Positions 63,456 to 64,000 of a DNA stretch of 64,000 nt are shown piece by piece. A program made the translations under genes and the position numbers. Position 1 is the first letter of the stretch. The number at the start of each line of letters is the position of its first letter. The notes under the pieces were generated by a model. The model saw nothing but the letters and a program-made list of their open reading frames with translations. It made no database searches and was not told the DNA's origin. Source of the stretch: Bdellovibrionota bacterium (GTDB lineage Bacteria > Bdellovibrionota_C > UBA2361 > CALJRW01); NCBI GenBank assembly GCA_041740355.1, contig JBGSMD010000011.1:32001-96000 (forward strand). The letters run 5' to 3'.

Positions 63456-64000
63456 TGGATAAAAAAGTTACACATCAGATTGTTAAGCCAAAAACTCTAG
63501 CAGGATTTCAAGATTTACTTCCCGCTGATGCAATGGCACAGAATCATTTAATTGATCAAATCAAAACAATCTTTCATAGCTTTGGTTTTAGTCCGATTCA
63601 AACTCCGCACTTAGAATATAGCGAAATGCTCTTGTCGGAATCTGACGGAGAAATTGGCAAACAACTTTTCCGCTTCCAAGACAATGGCGATCGCGATGTA
63701 TGTTTACGTTATGACTTAACAGTTCCCCTTGCTCGTTTTGTGGTGGAGCATTTAAGAGAAATTGGCTTACCCTTTAAACGTTATGCTATCGGTAGTTGTT
63801 TTCGTGGCGAACGTCCACAGCAAGGAAGGTATCGTGAATTTACCCAATGCGATTTTGACATTCTTGGTGTGGATTCAGTTTTTGCGGATTTAGAAATTCT
63901 TCAAGTTATTGCCGCAGGCTTTCAGAAACTTGGACTTCGAATTATCTTAAAGTTAAATAGTCGAGAATTACTAAATTCTTTTATTGCCATGATTGGTTTA
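63455..64000 (+). CDS. hisS: Histidyl-tRNA synthetase, truncated at the window end (not in the ORF track)
   Basis: ATG overlaps the fabF stop; translates PKTLAGFQDLLP...FGFSPIQTPHLEY...LRYDLTVPLAR...FRGERPQQGRYREFTQCDFD. Confidence 0.93.
   Translation, partial: MDKKVTHQIVKPKTLAGFQDLLPADAMAQNHLIDQIKTIFHSFGFSPIQTPHLEYSEMLLSESDGEIGKQLFRFQDNGDRDVCLRYDLTVPLARFVVEHLREIGLPFKRYAIGSCFRGERPQQGRYREFTQCDFDILGVDSVFADLEILQVIAAGFQKLGLRIILKLNSRELLNSFIAMIGL

Overview
AT-rich bacterial chromosome segment with no rRNA, CRISPR array, integrase or transposase. Housekeeping genes (lpdA-lipB-E2-rsmD, gpmI, hppA, LplT-Aas fusion, groES-groEL, prfA-prmC, fabF-hisS, tRNA-Arg(TCT)) alternate with singleton divergent genes: a RAP-domain protein, a two-domain cytidine deaminase, a divergent glycogen synthase, an orphan HATPase, three GT-C-like membrane proteins and a large mosaic surface protein. 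The main signal not explained by genes is a family of very small hairpin elements at the stop codons of housekeeping genes. groEL is followed by an array of ~60-bp hairpin units, each ending in a re-created copy of the groEL 3' end. lpdA, prfA and the distal groEL unit share one architecture: TAAT-[locus-specific perfect or near-perfect hairpin with a GAA/GCAA loop]-ATTA-TC(A)CGCCGWAGCTTTAGCGAAGGYGGAT. A 30-bp sub-element is nested inside one of these and occurs again elsewhere. Also present: a second dispersed ~90-bp intergenic repeat (3 copies), a HigBA-type toxin-antitoxin pair whose toxin is split by a 1-nt frameshift in an A6 run, and a beta-lactamase-fold protein lacking its catalytic motif. 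All product calls come from motif recognition by eye; no database searches were run.
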